Part shown: piece after piece, positions 22,073-35,755 of the stretch
How positions within the stretch are numbered: position 1 is the first letter of the stretch
Layout: each line of letters begins with the position of its first letter
DNA from: Mobula hypostoma
Lineage: Eukaryota
Direction of reading: 5' to 3'
DNA: 64,000 nt
Assembly (NCBI RefSeq): GCF_963921235.1
Contig: NC_086108.1
Span: 94,366,001 to 94,430,000 of the forward strand
The notes under the pieces: model-generated
Told to the model about the DNA's origin: nothing
What the model saw: the letters and a program-made list of their open reading frames with translations, nothing else
Database searches by the model: none
Translations under genes and position numbers: made by a program

Positions 22073-24862
22073 CTCATTTGCGAGGGGGATGGGCCCCAGA
22101 GCGATAGAGCAGTGAAAGAAATGCATGGAGTAAAGCCAGATCCAACATACAGAGAGGCTTTGAGGAAAGAGAAGCAGAATAAACGGTGTAAAGACAGTAA
22201 GGTAGAAGGGCTGAAATGTGTGTACCTCAATGCGAGAAGCATCAGGAACAAAGGTGATGAACTGAGAGCTTGGATACATACATGGAATTATGATGTAATG
22301 GCCATTACAGAGACTTGGCTGGCACCAGGGCAGGAATGGATTCTCAATATTCCTGGATCTCAGTGCTTTAAAAGGGATAGAGAGGGCGGAAAAAGGGGAG
22401 GAGGGGTGGCATTACTGGTCAGGGATACTATTACAGCTACAGAAAGGGTGGGTAATGTAGCAGGATCTTCTTTTGAGTCAATATGGGTGGAAGTCAGGAG
22501 CAGGAAGGGAGCAGTTACTCTACTGGGGGTATTCTATAGGCCCCCTGGTAGCAGCAGAGATACAGAGGAGCAGATTAGGAGGCAGATTTTGGAAAGGTGC
22601 AAAAATAACAGTGTTGTTATCATGGGTGACTTTAACTTCCCTAATATTGATTGGCACCTGATTAGTTCCAAGGGTTCAGATGGGGCAGAGTTTGTTAAGT
22701 GTGTCCAGGACAGATTCCTGTCACAGTATGTGGACAGGCCAACCTGGGGAATGCCATACTAGATCTAGTACTAGGTAATGAACCAGGTCAGGTCACTGAT
22801 CTCTCAGTGGGTGAGCATCTGGGGGACAGTGACCACCGCTACCTGGCCTTTAACATTATCATGGAAAAGGATAGAATCAGAGAGGACAGGAAACTTTTTA
22901 ATTGGGGAAAGGCAAATTATGAGGCTATAAGGCTAGCGGGTGCGAATTGGGATGATGTTTTTGCAGGGAAATTTACTATGGACATGTGGTCGATGTTTAG
23001 AGATCTCTTGCAGGATGTTAGGGATAAATTTGTCCCGGTGAGGAAGATAAAGAATGGTAGGGTGAAGGAACCATGGGTGACAAGTGAGGTGGAAAATCTA
23101 GTCAGGTGGAAGAAGGCAGCATACATGAGGTTTAGGAAGCAAGGATCAGATGGGTCTATTGAGGAATATAGGGAAGCAAGAAAGGAGCTTAAGAAGGGGG
23201 CATGAGAAGGCCTTGGCGAGTAGGGTAAAGGAAAACCCCAAGGCATTCTTCAATTATGTGAAGAACAAAAGGATGACAGGAGTGAAGGTAGGACCGATTA
23301 GAGATAAAGGTGGGAAGATGTGCCTGGAGGCTGTGGAAGTGAGCGAGGTCCTCAATGAATACTTCTCTTCGGTATTCACCAATGAGAGGGAACTTGATGA
23401 TGGTGAGGACAATACGAGTAAGGTTGATGTTCTGGAGCATGTTGATATTAAGGGAGAGGAGGTGTTGGAGTTGCTAAAATACATTAGGACAGATAAGTCC
23501 CCAGGGCCTGATGGAATATTCCCCAGGCTGGTCCACGAGGCGAGAGAAGAGATTGCTGAGCCTCTGGCTAGGATCTTTATGTCCTCATTGTCCACGGGAA
23601 TGGTACCGGAGGATTGGAGGGAGGCAAATGTTGTCCCCTTGATCAAAAAAAGTAGTAGGGATAGTCCGGGTAATTATAGACCAGTGAGCCTTACGTCTGT
23701 GGTGGGAAAGCTGTTGGAAAAGATTCTTAGAGATAGGATCTATAGGCATTTAGAGAATCATGGTCTGATCAGGGACAGTCAGCATGGCTTTGTGAAGGGC
23801 AGATCGTGTATAACAAGCCTGATAGAGTTCTTTGAGGAGGTGACCAGGCATATAGATGAGGGTAGTGCAGTGGATGTGATCTATATGGATTTTAGTAAGG
23901 CATTTGACAAGGTTCCACATGGTAGGCTTATTCAGAAAGTTAGAAAGCATGGGATCCAGGGAGGTTTGGCTAGGTGGATTCAGAATTGGCTTGCCTGCAG
24001 AAGGCAGAGGGTGGTGGTGGAGGGAGTACATTTAGATTGGAGGATTGTGACTAGTGGTGTCCCACAAGGATTTGTTTTGGGACCTCTACCTTTCGTGATT
24101 TTTATTAACGACCTGGATGTGGGGGTAGAAGGGTGGGTTGGCAAGTTTGCAGATGACACAAAGGTTGGTGGTGTTGTAGATAGTGTAGAGGATTGTCGAA
24201 GATTGCAGAGCGACATTGATAGGATGCAGGAGTGGGCTGAGAAGTGGCAGATGGATTTCAACCCGGAGAAGTGTGAGGTGGTACACTTTGGAAGGACAAG
24301 CTCCAAGGCAGAGTACAAAGTAAATGGCAGGATACTTGGTCCTGTGGAGGAGCAGAGGGATCTCAGGGTACATGTCCACAGATCCCTGAAAGTTGCCTCA
24401 CAGGTGGATAGGGCAGTTAAGGAAATTTATGGGGTGTTAGCTTTCATAAGTCGAGGGATAGAGTTTAAGAGTCGCGATGTAATGATGCAGCTCTATAAAA
24501 CTCTGGTTAGGCCACACTTGGAGTACTGTGTCCAGTTCTGGTCACCTAACTATAGGAAGGATGTGGAAGCATTGGAAAGGGTACTGAGGAGATTTACCAG
24601 GATGCTGCCTGGTTTAGAAAGTATCGATTATGATCAGAGATTAAGGGAGCTAGGGCTTTACTCTTTGGAGAGAAGGAGGATGAGAGGAGACATGATAGAG
24701 GTGTACAAGATAATAAGAGGAATAGATAGAGTGGATAGCCAGCGCCTCTTCCCCAGGGAACCACTGCTCAATACAAGAGGACATGGCTTTAATGTAAGGG
24801 GTGGGAAGTTCAAGGGGGATATTAGAGGAAGGTTTTTTACTCAGAGGGTGGTTGCTGCATAG
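22058..24862 (+). pseudogene. CR1 ORF2 (AP endonuclease + reverse transcriptase), two frameshifts; RT segment open for 570 aa
   Basis: YLNARS, ITETW, YRPP, GDFN, SDH; KSPGPDG, YRPVSLTS, DFSKAFDKV, SGVPQG, KFADD. Confidence 0.9.
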
Positions 24863-27800
24863 AATGCACTGTCTGAGTCAGTGGTGGAGGCAGATACACT
24901 AGTGAAATTTAAGAGACTACTAGACAGGTATATGGAGGAATTTAAGGTGGGGGCTTATATGGGAGGCAGGGTTTGAGGGTCGGCACAACATTGTGGGCCG
25001 AAGGGCCTGTACTGTGCTGTACTATTCTATGTTCTAAGTATACCTACTTTAAAAAACATCCAAGACGCTTGTGGACCTGGAAAAGTCCAGGTGATAACAC
25101 TAGAAATCAAATTGACTTTATTACTATAAACCAAAGATTTAGAAACTCAGTGACTCAATGCAAAACATATCCAGGTGCAGACTGTAATAGTGACCATAAC
25201 CCAGTAGTATGTCATGTAAAAGTAAAACTTAAAAAACTAAAGAAGCAAAAATCTGAACTACTTGCAATTAATTAAAGAAGAAAACTTAAGACAAAAATTT
25301 ACAATTGAAGTAAGGAATAGATTTCAAAGTCTCGAAATTAAATCTGTTGAAGATGATAGCAATCATGTAGAAATAAAATTTAACTCTCTAAAAGATGCCT
25401 TGGTAGAATCAGCAGAGTCGGTGATTCCTAAAAAAGAAAAAAGCACAAAGAATAAATGGATGACAGATGAAATCAAAAATCTAATGGAAGAAAGAAGACA
25501 GAAGAAAGTAAATCCTATAGAATATAAGTCCTTAGATAAAAAAGTTAAAAGCTTATGTCAAAAGGCCAAAGAAGAATGGTTAAACCAGGAATGTGAACAA
25601 ATAGAAGGAATCCCTATTACTGATCCAAAAAGGTTACATCAACAAATCAAGAATATCACTGGCAAAAAGCTGCTCTGTTCTTCAGGTGGATGTTTGAAAG
25701 TAAAGGACGCTACCATTATCATGGAAAAAGATGAGATTATGAACAGACGGACTGAGTATATCCAGGAATTGTTTGAAAACGATCAAGGTGAAAAACCAGA
25801 AATTAAGAAAAACATTTGAAGGTCCAAGTATTTTAAAATCTGAAATTCGTAATGCAATAAATAAGATGAAGAAAGGAAAGGCAGCAGGTCCTGATGAATT
25901 AGTAATAGAACAAATTATCGCCCTTGAAGATTATGGAATTGAAAAATTTACTGATTTAATCAATGACATTTATGAGACTGGAATAATACTAGAAGAAATG
26001 AAAAAAAAATCAGTATTTATCACTCTTCCTAAGAAACCTAGAGCAATAGAATGTAAATTACATAGGACCACAAGTTTAATGAGTCATATCACCAAGATAC
26101 TTCTAAGAATTTTGATGACAAGAGCTAAAAGTAAGATACAAGCTGAAATAGGTAAAGAACAATGTGGTTTTGTGAAAGACAAAGGTACAAGAAACTCGAT
26201 ATTGGTGTTAAGGATACTATCAGAACGAGCTATTCAAGTGCAACAAGATTTGTTCGTTTGCTTTTGTGTAGTCGATAAAACATTTGATAAAGTGAAGCAC
26301 AATGTTATTTGAAACATTACAGAAAACTCTAGATCTAGATTCGAAAGACCTCCGCCTAATCAGAAATCTGTACTGGGAACAAACTGCCGCTATAAGAATA
26401 GATGGAGAAGTGAGTCAGTTTACGGAAATCAAGAGAGGCATTAGACAAGGGTGTGTTTTCTCCCCTGATTTATTTAATGTGTACAGTGAAACAATATTAC
26501 AAAAAATAAGAGACATCTTGGTGTCAAAGTTGCTGGTGAAAACATCAATAATTTCAGATATGCGGATGACACTATGTTAATTGCAAGTACGGAGGAAGAA
26601 CTACAAAACTTAATTGATATAATTGTTGAAGAAAGTGCAAAAATGGGTCTATCAATTGCAAAAAGACAGAATGTATGGTGATATCCAAAAAGAAGGAGAA
26701 TCCTATCTGCAGGCTGAGAATAAACGGGGAAGACATAAAACAAGTACACAACTTTTGCTACTTAGGAAGCTGGGTGACATCAGATGGCAGGTGCGACATG
26801 GCCATCAAAAGAAGAATAGGGATGGCAAAAGTCACCTTTACGAGAATGAAGAGTATATTGACCAATTCTAAACTAGGCATGACAACCCGTCTCAGAGTAC
26901 GGAAGTGTTATGTTTATCCAGTTATGTTATATGGCTCAGAATGTTGGATGATATTTTTTGCTGCAGAAGTACTTAGCTCTGTTACATCTTGTTGCAGTTT
27001 CATTGGGAAGCCACCTCGTTTTTTTTAAAAAAGCTAAGTCTGGAGCTTCTGTCAGCATATCAATTGGCACTTGTCATTGAACTATGGTAGATGCCCAGCT
27101 TGATGGCAGTAGCAGCATTACAGATACACTGGTTCACGAGGATACAAATAGCGATAGTGCATCTTTCTGCAAATGATGAAACTGCAAAATAACTTGTGGA
27201 TGTCGTTTTGAGCTTCGAGAGCAGTTCTCAATCCATCACATTTAGCACAGAGTACCACACAACATAATGCAAAGTGCACTTAGTGAGAAGCTGAAACTCT
27301 GTCTCCACAAGGACTTTGCAGTAGTCACTTCTAAACAATGCTATCATGGATCAGTACATTTGTCAGAGGAGGATAAGGTCAGGTAGGTTTATTGTGAATG
27401 CTGCAGTCACTACCTACTAAATGACCAGACTAACAGCTAAGTCCTTTAAGATTCACCAGCTAAGTTAGTGACAGCAACCCTACCAAGCCACTTTGGATGT
27501 TAAACGTTTCGGTTCTCTCCCCGCCACCCCCCCCCCACCCCACCCCAGCCAGAAAAAATTCAGTGCCTATGCTACTTTCAGTGCTTCCTTTGTGCATCAT
27601 TCAACATGGAGGAGCAGTGATTCATCAGATGGAGGTATCGGGGCAATAAACAAATGGTTTCCTTGTCCAATTGTGACCTAGTACCTAGACTCCTCAAGAA
27701 GCCTTAATTTAATGATGAGAACATCAAAATCTACTTCCTCTAGCCTGTACTCCAATGTGCTGACAGCTCTGGTGGTTCCATCCTGGCAATGGAATAAGGA

Positions 27801-28554
27801 ATACCTAGAGACTATGCTGGAAGAGTCTAGTAAGATTCACCATGATCCTTTCAAGGGCATTTAGAGATAGAAGGTAAACCACGGACATGACAGAAAACAC
27901 TATTTTTAAAGCAGGATTTCTTTTATCCCTTGCTCCCTTTAAAAATTTTTTTTGAGAAAGAGCTCTGCTTATCTGGAAACTGTCAAATATAATCACCATC
28001 AGATGTTTCCCAACAGTACTGTTCAAAAGTCTTTCTTCCCCAGTTATAACCTGAGTGGATCTCTAGTACCTCACATGAAATTTTCCTGGGGCAACCTGCT
28101 CCTCTGCTCACCTTTGGTAGGCAGAGCAATATGGTCAGTTGTACTTGATAAGAATCAACCTTTCAACTCATGCATTATATAACCTTTATACTTAGCGGAG
28201 CTTTTCTTTATCAGGTACCACTCAGTCAATATCAACCTGGAGTTTAAAATTATATGGTGCCTTAGTCTTACATTTGTGAAAAGAAACCAGCTTCTCTTCC
28301 ATTTGCACAACCTCAGTTTGCATCCTCTTTCTCAAAGACCTTATCTGAAGACGTGCATATTTGAGCAATCAGTTTTGAAGATTACTCTGCATTGTTGTGT
28401 AACTTTAAGTCCAATCTATTGTCCTAACAATTATTTCAGGTTACCCTAATGAGCTGTTGGATTACAATAGTCAAGCTGCATGCATCACAATCAAGATGAT
28501 TTTGCTTCAAATTTCAGTCACCATTGAGCACGTCTACATAGTGTTCTTACAGGA

Positions 28555-28905
28555 AAGCAGCATCCATCATCAGGGACCACCACCACCCAGGTCATGCTTT
28601 CTTCTTGCTACTGCCATCAGGAAGATGGTACAGGAGCCTCAGGAACACTTATCACCCCTCAACCATCAGGCTCTAGAACCAGAGGGGGTAACTTTACTAA
28701 GCTTCACTTGCCCCTTCACTGAAATGCTCCCACAACTTATGGACTCACTTTCAAGGACCTTTCACCTTCTGATATTTATTGCTTGCAACACACACAAAAT
28801 GTTGGAGGAACTCAGCAGACCAGGCAGCATCTATGGAAAACAGTACTGTTAATGTTTTCTCTTGTTTGTTATATTTATTGTTTATTTATCTTTGCTGCTG
28901 TTGCT
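28555..28905 (+). mobile_element. Rex1/Babar 3' fragment containing a short Penelope terminus (28785-28858, minus strand)
   Basis: gaaagcagcatccatcatcagggac...ctgccatcaggaagatggtacaggagcc, then gcaacacacacaaaatgttggaggaactcagcag. Confidence 0.65.
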
Positions 28906-29329
28906 TTTTTCAAAAGGACTGCAAGAAATATAAAACAGGGAAACTAACAAAGTGTATGAAGAATTTACAACTATTATCAGGCTGCATTATCCACAGGACC
29001 ACTCAGTTTGGAAATGTTTGGATTAATCTGGGATTTTTAAGGACAACCAGACTAGATGTATAAACAGGAAGCCTTTGGGGAAAATAATCTTTGTATCTGC
29101 TTCTGGGAGTATATAAAATGCTGGAAAGATTCTACACACCAGCAGCACAAGGAGGCCAAAAAAAAAAATCAAACATGCAGCATTTCCGTATCCACAGAAC
29201 TTTCAGTATAAGAGGAAGCTATTACAGTCATTAAAATTAAGATTTCCATTTTAATTAACATATAAACACGACTGCAAAACCAAAGAGAAATGCCATCTTC
29301 TGGAAGACAAAAAAAAACTTCTAGATGCA

Positions 29330-29690
29330 AGGTACATTTATTATCAAAGTATGTACACAATATTCAACCCTGAGATTCGTTTTCCCCACAGGGTGCCACG
29401 AAACAAAGAAAACCATGGAATCCATTCAAAGAAAAACATCAAATCATTCTCCTCGACACACACAAAAAAACAAATCGCGCAAACGGAAATTTTAAAAAAC
29501 GAGTGAAGAATACAGAATATAAAGACAAGGCATATTCAGTCCAACCCAAAATAGCAAAAAAAAATCAACCAGAAACACATCATAACGTGAACTACAGAGC
29601 CCAATCCACAAACTACTTCGATTAAACCTTGCCCAAGACTCAAGCACCATCCACCGAAAGCATCGAGGGACAGAAGGGATCATTCGATCT
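29330..29690 (-). mobile_element. 3' part of a retroposon related to the 4357-5217 family
   Basis: caaggtacatttattatcaaagtatg...ccacgaaacaaagaaaaccat is a reverse-complement match to about 5115-5210. Confidence 0.55.
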
Positions 29691-29714
29691 TCTGGGGGAG
29701 GGGGAGGGAGACTT

Positions 29715-31320
29715 TAAGTTGCTAAGCTCAGTGAACACTGCAATTAGCTTGCAGGCATTTCATCATCAATCGAGGTGACATTCTCAGTGTGTAGTTATTG
29801 GTGTTTCTCTCAGAGAGTGCTTGCACTTATATAGGTCCCCATTCGCTTGCCTCAGTCCAGATTGGCTACCCTTTCAGTTGACCTTTCAATTCTATTGGCT
29901 TCGGTTCTTTAGCTGTTAGCGGTTCATAGCAGTTTGTTTTTGGAGTTATCAGGAAAGAACCACACTCCTAAAAATAAAAAATAAAAAATAAAAAAATTCT
30001 TGTGCCTGCCTCTTGTTTGCCTGCACCAGAAAGAACCTCCACGGTGTCCCAGTTAAAGTGCTGTCCTTCATGGTCTTCATGTACTGAGATCAGCAACAAT
30101 GGATCATGTCTCTGTACTGCCAGTTTGTACTCTCGTAAATGAGTTGGGAGTTTATGTCCTGTCTGGCCTACATAGTTCTTGTTGTAGTCTCACAAACATG
30201 TGATGTGATCTTTTTGTTGGCTGTCTTTAACGGTACCTTGGTTCTTGAGACAAGCTTCCTTAAAGTCACAGTTTGTTTATGAATGATTGTAATTCCATGA
30301 GGTTCAAGCAGTTGAGCTGTCATTTCTGAATATATTCTTGCCCAATATCAAGGTCACGTGTTTCAATGCATGTTGAGAAGGCGTGTGTGACTTTCTCTCC
30401 TTAATTAGCATCTCCGGTGTTCTGGAGCACTTTGAATAAAGTGCTTCTCTTCCCTGGCCTGAAGTTCAGAGGTGCTGCAGTGTTTGTGCTCTTTTAAATA
30501 AAGCACTTTTCTTGTGGCAGGCTGCATGGTTGCCTTGGTAGCTCAATACCTGGTCCGGTAAACGTATGTCTCTAATGTACCGCCCGTCCTTCTTGTGACA
30601 AGTACATCCAGGAATGCGGGTCTGTTCTTATTTTTTCTTTCCAAAATAAATTTGATGTTGCTGAATATGTTGTTGCTTTGGTTAAAGTAGTCTATTTCAT
30701 TTCATTTGAATATAACAAAGGTATCATCCACATACCATACCCAGAGTTTGAGGACTTGAAGCGCGATCTTTTCTAGCCTTTGCATGACAACCTCGCCAAA
30801 AAAGCCAGGCATTGGTTCTTGTGAGTTGCACTTGTGAGCCATTGTGTTCTTTTGAGTTGTTCATAAATTTTCCCCTTCAAACTTGAAATGTATTGACAGA
30901 CAAAGGTTTAGTAGTCCACCTATGCTGCTGGGTTTCAGTGTCTGAGCTGCATGTTCAGCTTCTGTTAGTAGTTCTTTCACGGTTTCTCTTGCCAGGTCTA
31001 GGTTGATTGAGGTAAACAGCGCAGTGACAGTGAAAGAATCCATGATTTCGTCTTCTTCTGTCTTTGTGCCTTCTATCCTGTCTAAGAAATCTGCACTGTT
31101 GATGGAATGTTGGGAGCCATGTACCAGATGTTTTAGCTGTCTCTGGAGTTCTTTCGCTAGTTTGGATGTAGTGGGACATCTAGCTTGTGAACTGTAGGTA
31201 GTCATAGAATTGTTGGTTATTGGCGTCATCTGCTTTCATCTGGAAGCATTCTTCCTTGGTAATTTCATTCACCTGCTGCAGTCTGTGTAGAAGAGACACT
31301 GTCACATGCAGACACCTTTC
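29715..31320 (-). mobile_element. Degraded Penelope-like element (second lineage): RT + GIY-YIG remnants
   Basis: EDEIMDSFTVTALFTSI (ORF 30861..31229), LWVWYVDDTFVI at about 30710-30746, FLDVLV near 30600 and YVGQTG near 30160-30175. Confidence 0.8.
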
Positions 31321-33741
31321 TCTGGCAGCAGTGACCGAAAGGCTGGCAGACAGTGCTGAACACCCACTTGCCTTCTGTTCATACCTCGATTATTTCAATC
31401 TTCCTTGGCACTTTAGTCGGCGAGATCAGTGAGAAATAGAGTCAATAAAATTAAGCTGTAATATGTGCACATACACAAAGCTAAGTTGCTTGCTGTCTGC
31501 AAAGATATGCACCAAATGCACTGCAATTAAAAGAATTCTTGCCAGCAAGTCAAGACAACCAGGATCAGCTGATCTTCAGCTCAATTCAAAACTTTTTGAT
31601 GCTGGAAATCACAAGGTAATGTTACATCAAAACATGTCATTAGTCATTTTAAAAAAAAAAATCTGTAATAGTCAGGATAGACTACTTATCACTGTCAAAT
31701 TCGCTAAGAAGCTTGCAACATTCCAATAGACCAGTATAGCAATTAGTAAATCAAATTTTCAACTTGAAATATTAGCATTGTTTTGCTTTCCACATATTGC
31801 TCAACATGCATGCTTCCAGCACCGTTTTCTTATTTCAGACTTCCAGCTACAAGGGCTTTTTAAAAATATTTTCATTCAGTCGTAAATCTATAGTTGCCAG
31901 GGCCGGGGAGACAGTGGTTCATAACTAAATAAGTCTTTAATTTATGATATAGGCAATATTTTTACAGCATCCTTTTACTGTATAACTAAAAAGTCAACTC
32001 ATAACAAGAATAGCAACAATTTTACTATCTGTAAATAGTGAAACCCAAAGAATAAAAAGGAAATATCAGGTATCCCATGAGATCAATAAAGCATCTAATG
32101 AACCCATAACCTGTTTTACCTACACAATGCTGAAAAAGGAAGCACATGTATCCAAAAGCTTCCTTTTATTGCTACAACAGATCTTAATTGTGAAAAGACT
32201 AAAAGTAATTCCCAGTGGATAGACAATCAAACTACAAATATCATTAATTTGGACTGTCAAGCAATGATTCTACCAGAATGGATGGTATATCACATCTACT
32301 ACCCAGTTATTGCCTCTAATCCAAAAGAGTTTGACATTGTCCTTTAATGCTCAAAGAGGAAGCAAGTGCACTCCACATATATTTACATTTTACAAGCAAT
32401 AAGTAATATCTGGGCAAAATTCATGCCATTTCTCATTAAAACAAAAGTACACCAAACAGCACAAGGAGAAAAGCTGGAAGAAACAACCAAGCAAACTCTT
32501 GAGGGATAAGTAGTAAAGGAATGGTGGAGGTATATACAGAAAATAAAAAAAGATAGCCAATCAGAAATAGAGTCAAATGGAGGATATAAATCTGCACATA
32601 CCATTTCCTATACAATAACATGAATGCATTGTTGTATTAGTACTTCTTGTCATTCATCATTTCAAAACTTTTTTTTAAAAATCTTCATTTCACAATATAG
32701 AAGACAGGAAAATGCCACACCTTAATAACAAGTCTACCCAAGCTACAACTCATTTTTGTGTTGTAGAGTGCAGGAGCTAGACAATTAATGTTTAATAGTA
32801 TTTAGATATGTTGCAATGCTATTTTCACAATGATGTTTAATTTCTGATACTTTGCTAAGTTGAGTATGTACCAAGATAAACAATACATTTCTAAAGGCAT
32901 TGCTGAGTCTAGAATATCATCAACTTGATTTCACTTAAGAATGTTCACTTTAAAACTGATAGAAAATAAAAAGATACTTGAAATATATAGCTTCAAATAA
33001 AATGTATAACTGGTTACTAATGAGACTCATCTTCCCCTCCAATCTGACCATTAGAGCTAATATTCTCTGTGAATATAAAGCTTTGTTTCAACATCCAAGT
33101 TCATGAACCTCATTCTGCAATAAACAAAACTATTTCATTAAGCTGTTTGACAGTACATTCATCACAATAAAGAAACAGACACTAGACTTTGTGTTTGACC
33201 ACTGGCAGAATTTTAATATTAAATAAGCTTCACCCTCAAGCTGTTACGTCTACAACTACGACAACAGAAATAATGTTCATGACAGAGCATTCATTCAGTT
33301 CAACTACACAAACATTTTCACAGTCATTTCTATCAACAGTTCTCATACAAACACCCTATATAATTTATTACATCTTCCTGTTATCAAGAGAACTTTGAAC
33401 AATGAAGCTTACTGCTACCTTTGAAAATATTTATGATAGGTGAATCATAGCACTAAGCACATCTTATATAAAAAGAGAAAACACTACTCAGCAGGTCAGG
33501 TGGCATCTCTGAAGAGAGAATCAAAATTAATTAAGCATCTCTCTTCCTGAAGGTTTTAATTGATGTTCAACATGGTACTTTGGGGCTAATTTTCTAACTC
33601 CATTGAGATTGAATGTGATTTCTGATATTAAGTGATGGAATAGACTGCAGAAACAAAAGAAAAATTCTATTTTCCCCTCAGAAATCTGTGGTATTTTATG
33701 GACACTTGAAAGTATGTCAAATTGCTTTCTTCCCCAGTTTA

Positions 33742-35755
33742 TCAGCACGGTAGCACAACGGTTAACACATCACTTCACAACACCAGAGACCACCAATTAA
33801 AGTTCAATTCTCGCTGCTCTCTGCAAGGATTTTGTACACCCTATCCTCGTTATGTGTCTTCAGACAATGTGGATTCACAATTATGCATTGAACCTATTTC
33901 TACCAACTTCTCCTTATATGCATCCAAAACTCATAGTTATGCGAGACTGTTGGGACGAGAAGCACCGCTTTCCCGCCAATACAAGTCACATGCGCACGCC
34001 TCACAGTCTCACTCCCACCAGTTTCGCATTGGTTTTGGCAGCGTGTGGATGTGCGATCTTGCACACTTAAAACCTTTGTTGTTATTACCTACGGTGCACT
34101 GATTTTGTTGTTGAAATATTTAACTATGCCTCCTAGACGTCCTATGTCAAGTCCTCGGCCATCAGTCAAGCGGCAGTGAACCACTTTAACACTTGAAAAA
34201 ATGTTGTAAATTATAAACAGGGCCGCATCAGGTGAAGGTAACACAGCTCTGGGATGCTACTTCGGCCTGGGTGAGTCCACAATCAGAAACAAAGAAAAAT
34301 GCTGAGAAAATAAAAAGTGCAGTGATTGATTCATCACAAGTGTCTTCAAAGATTGTTACCAAAGTGCATAACCCGATTATGACAAAAATGGAGAAAATGT
34401 TGAGTTTGTACATTGAGTATGAAACAAAAAAAAAACAACACTCAGTTCCAATCATCTTCGTGTGAAAGCTTTGGAAATTTACGGTTGCCTTTGTTCAGAG
34501 GCTAGTGAGAAAGTGTCAAGTGATATTGTTAGCTTTAATGCAAGTAGGGGATGGTTTTCTAAGTTTGTTCATCATCACAGGCTTCACAACTTAGCTGTGC
34601 ATGGTGAGCAAGCTAGTGCTGACCACGAAGCTGCTGAACACTACCCTTTGCAGTTGCGGGCTATGATAGCTGAGTTAGGCATCACACCAAAGCAGGTGTT
34701 TAATGCAGACGAGACCGGACTTTTTTGGAAGCGTATGCCGAAACGCACTTACATAAGTAAGGATGAAAAGACTGCGTCAGGTTTCAAGGCAGTAAAGGAT
34801 AGGTTGACTCTGCTTATGTGTTCCAATGCCAAAGGTGAAGATGAAGATGAAGACACTCTTTGTTTACCATTCACTAACCCCCCCAACCCCCCTCCCTGTT
34901 TAACTCAAGACTGAAGGTGATAACAATGATGAAGAAGAAAGTGTCGAGTTGCAGGTGAAGGATTTTACAGTGAAGCAACAGGCAGAATTTTTTTTAAGGC
35001 TGCGGAACACTTGGCACAAATGGCGATGGACATGGACCCAAGTTTAGAATGGAGTCAGCATTTCAGTCGTTCCCTGCAGTCAATCCTTCTTCCCTACAAA
35101 CTTTCTTCAAACCGGTGTCGTCATCTGCTGCTGGCAGTTCTGAGAGTTCTGTGAGTCTTCCTTCACCCCTTTCTGTCCTTGATGATCCTGACGACCCACA
35201 ACCATCCACCTCATCCATGTAAAGCTGCCCGACACCACTGCACAACCACTCACCTCCCGAAGCCAAAACACCTGCCACTGTTGGTGAGTACTGTACACCC
35301 TATGTTAACTTTCTATGATTTATTACGTTGAATATTACCTTAAATTGACAAAATATAAAACAAATGCTGCCTTGTGGTACTGCTTTTGTGTCGTATTGGT
35401 ATGAAAATGTGAATAAATTACAGATAAAACATATTTAGGAAGCCCTCCAGAACGCATTCCTATTTTCTCCATTTAAATAATTATTTACATTATGCGTCAA
35501 CTGCGAGGAACGTATCCCCCGCATATAACGAGGACAGGGTGTATGTTCTCTCTGTGACTGCGTGTATTTCCTCCGGGTGCTTCAGTTTCCTCCCACATTC
35601 CAACGGTTCGGGTTTGAGAGTTGTGGTATGCCATGTTGGCGCCAGCAGTGTGGTGACACTTGCGTTGTTTGTGTCAAATCAAATCAGTGAACATGTGCTG
35701 GGCAGATCACATTCCATTATGTTTCAATGTATATGTGACAAATAAAGCTAATCTT
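33742..35755 (+). mobile_element. V-SINE split by a Tigger insertion (pieces 33742-33836 and 35542-35755)
   Basis: tRNA-like head ...gttcaattc...ggattttgTA resumes as TAtgttctctctgtgactgcgtgtatttcctccgggtgcttcagtttcctcccacattcc (V-domain). Confidence 0.75.
33837..35541 (+). mobile_element. Tigger/pogo DNA transposon, internally deleted
   Basis: TIRs CACCCTATCCTCGTTAT / ATAACGAGGACAGGGTG with a TA TSD. Transposase remnants FNASRGWF, FNADETGLFWKRMP and KDRLTLLMCSNA (ORF 34462..34914), truncated after about 34835. Confidence 0.92.

Larger units (their letters stand above)
21264..25036 (+). mobile_element. Near full-length CR1 LINE nested in the RTE
   Basis: Partial ORF1, ORF2 (APE + RT) and 3' UTR ending (TTCTATG)n. 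Abrupt switch to G-rich composition at 21264. The RTE frame QVIMN|TYFKKH rejoins across the insert. Confidence 0.93.
20520..26948 (+). mobile_element. Near full-length RTE-clade LINE (APE + RT), interrupted by CR1 and lacking its 3' end
   Basis: APE motifs ATWNVRTL, QVYAPT, MGDLNAKVG, then WTW..NQIDFI..SDH after 25041. RT motifs KAAGPD, RQGCVFSPDLFN and RYADD (about 26558-26572). Multiple stops and frameshifts. Confidence 0.9.

Noticed and set aside
34232..34914. TIGD/CENP-B-like host gene
   Set aside because: Bounded by TIRs and a TA TSD, frameshifted and internally deleted.
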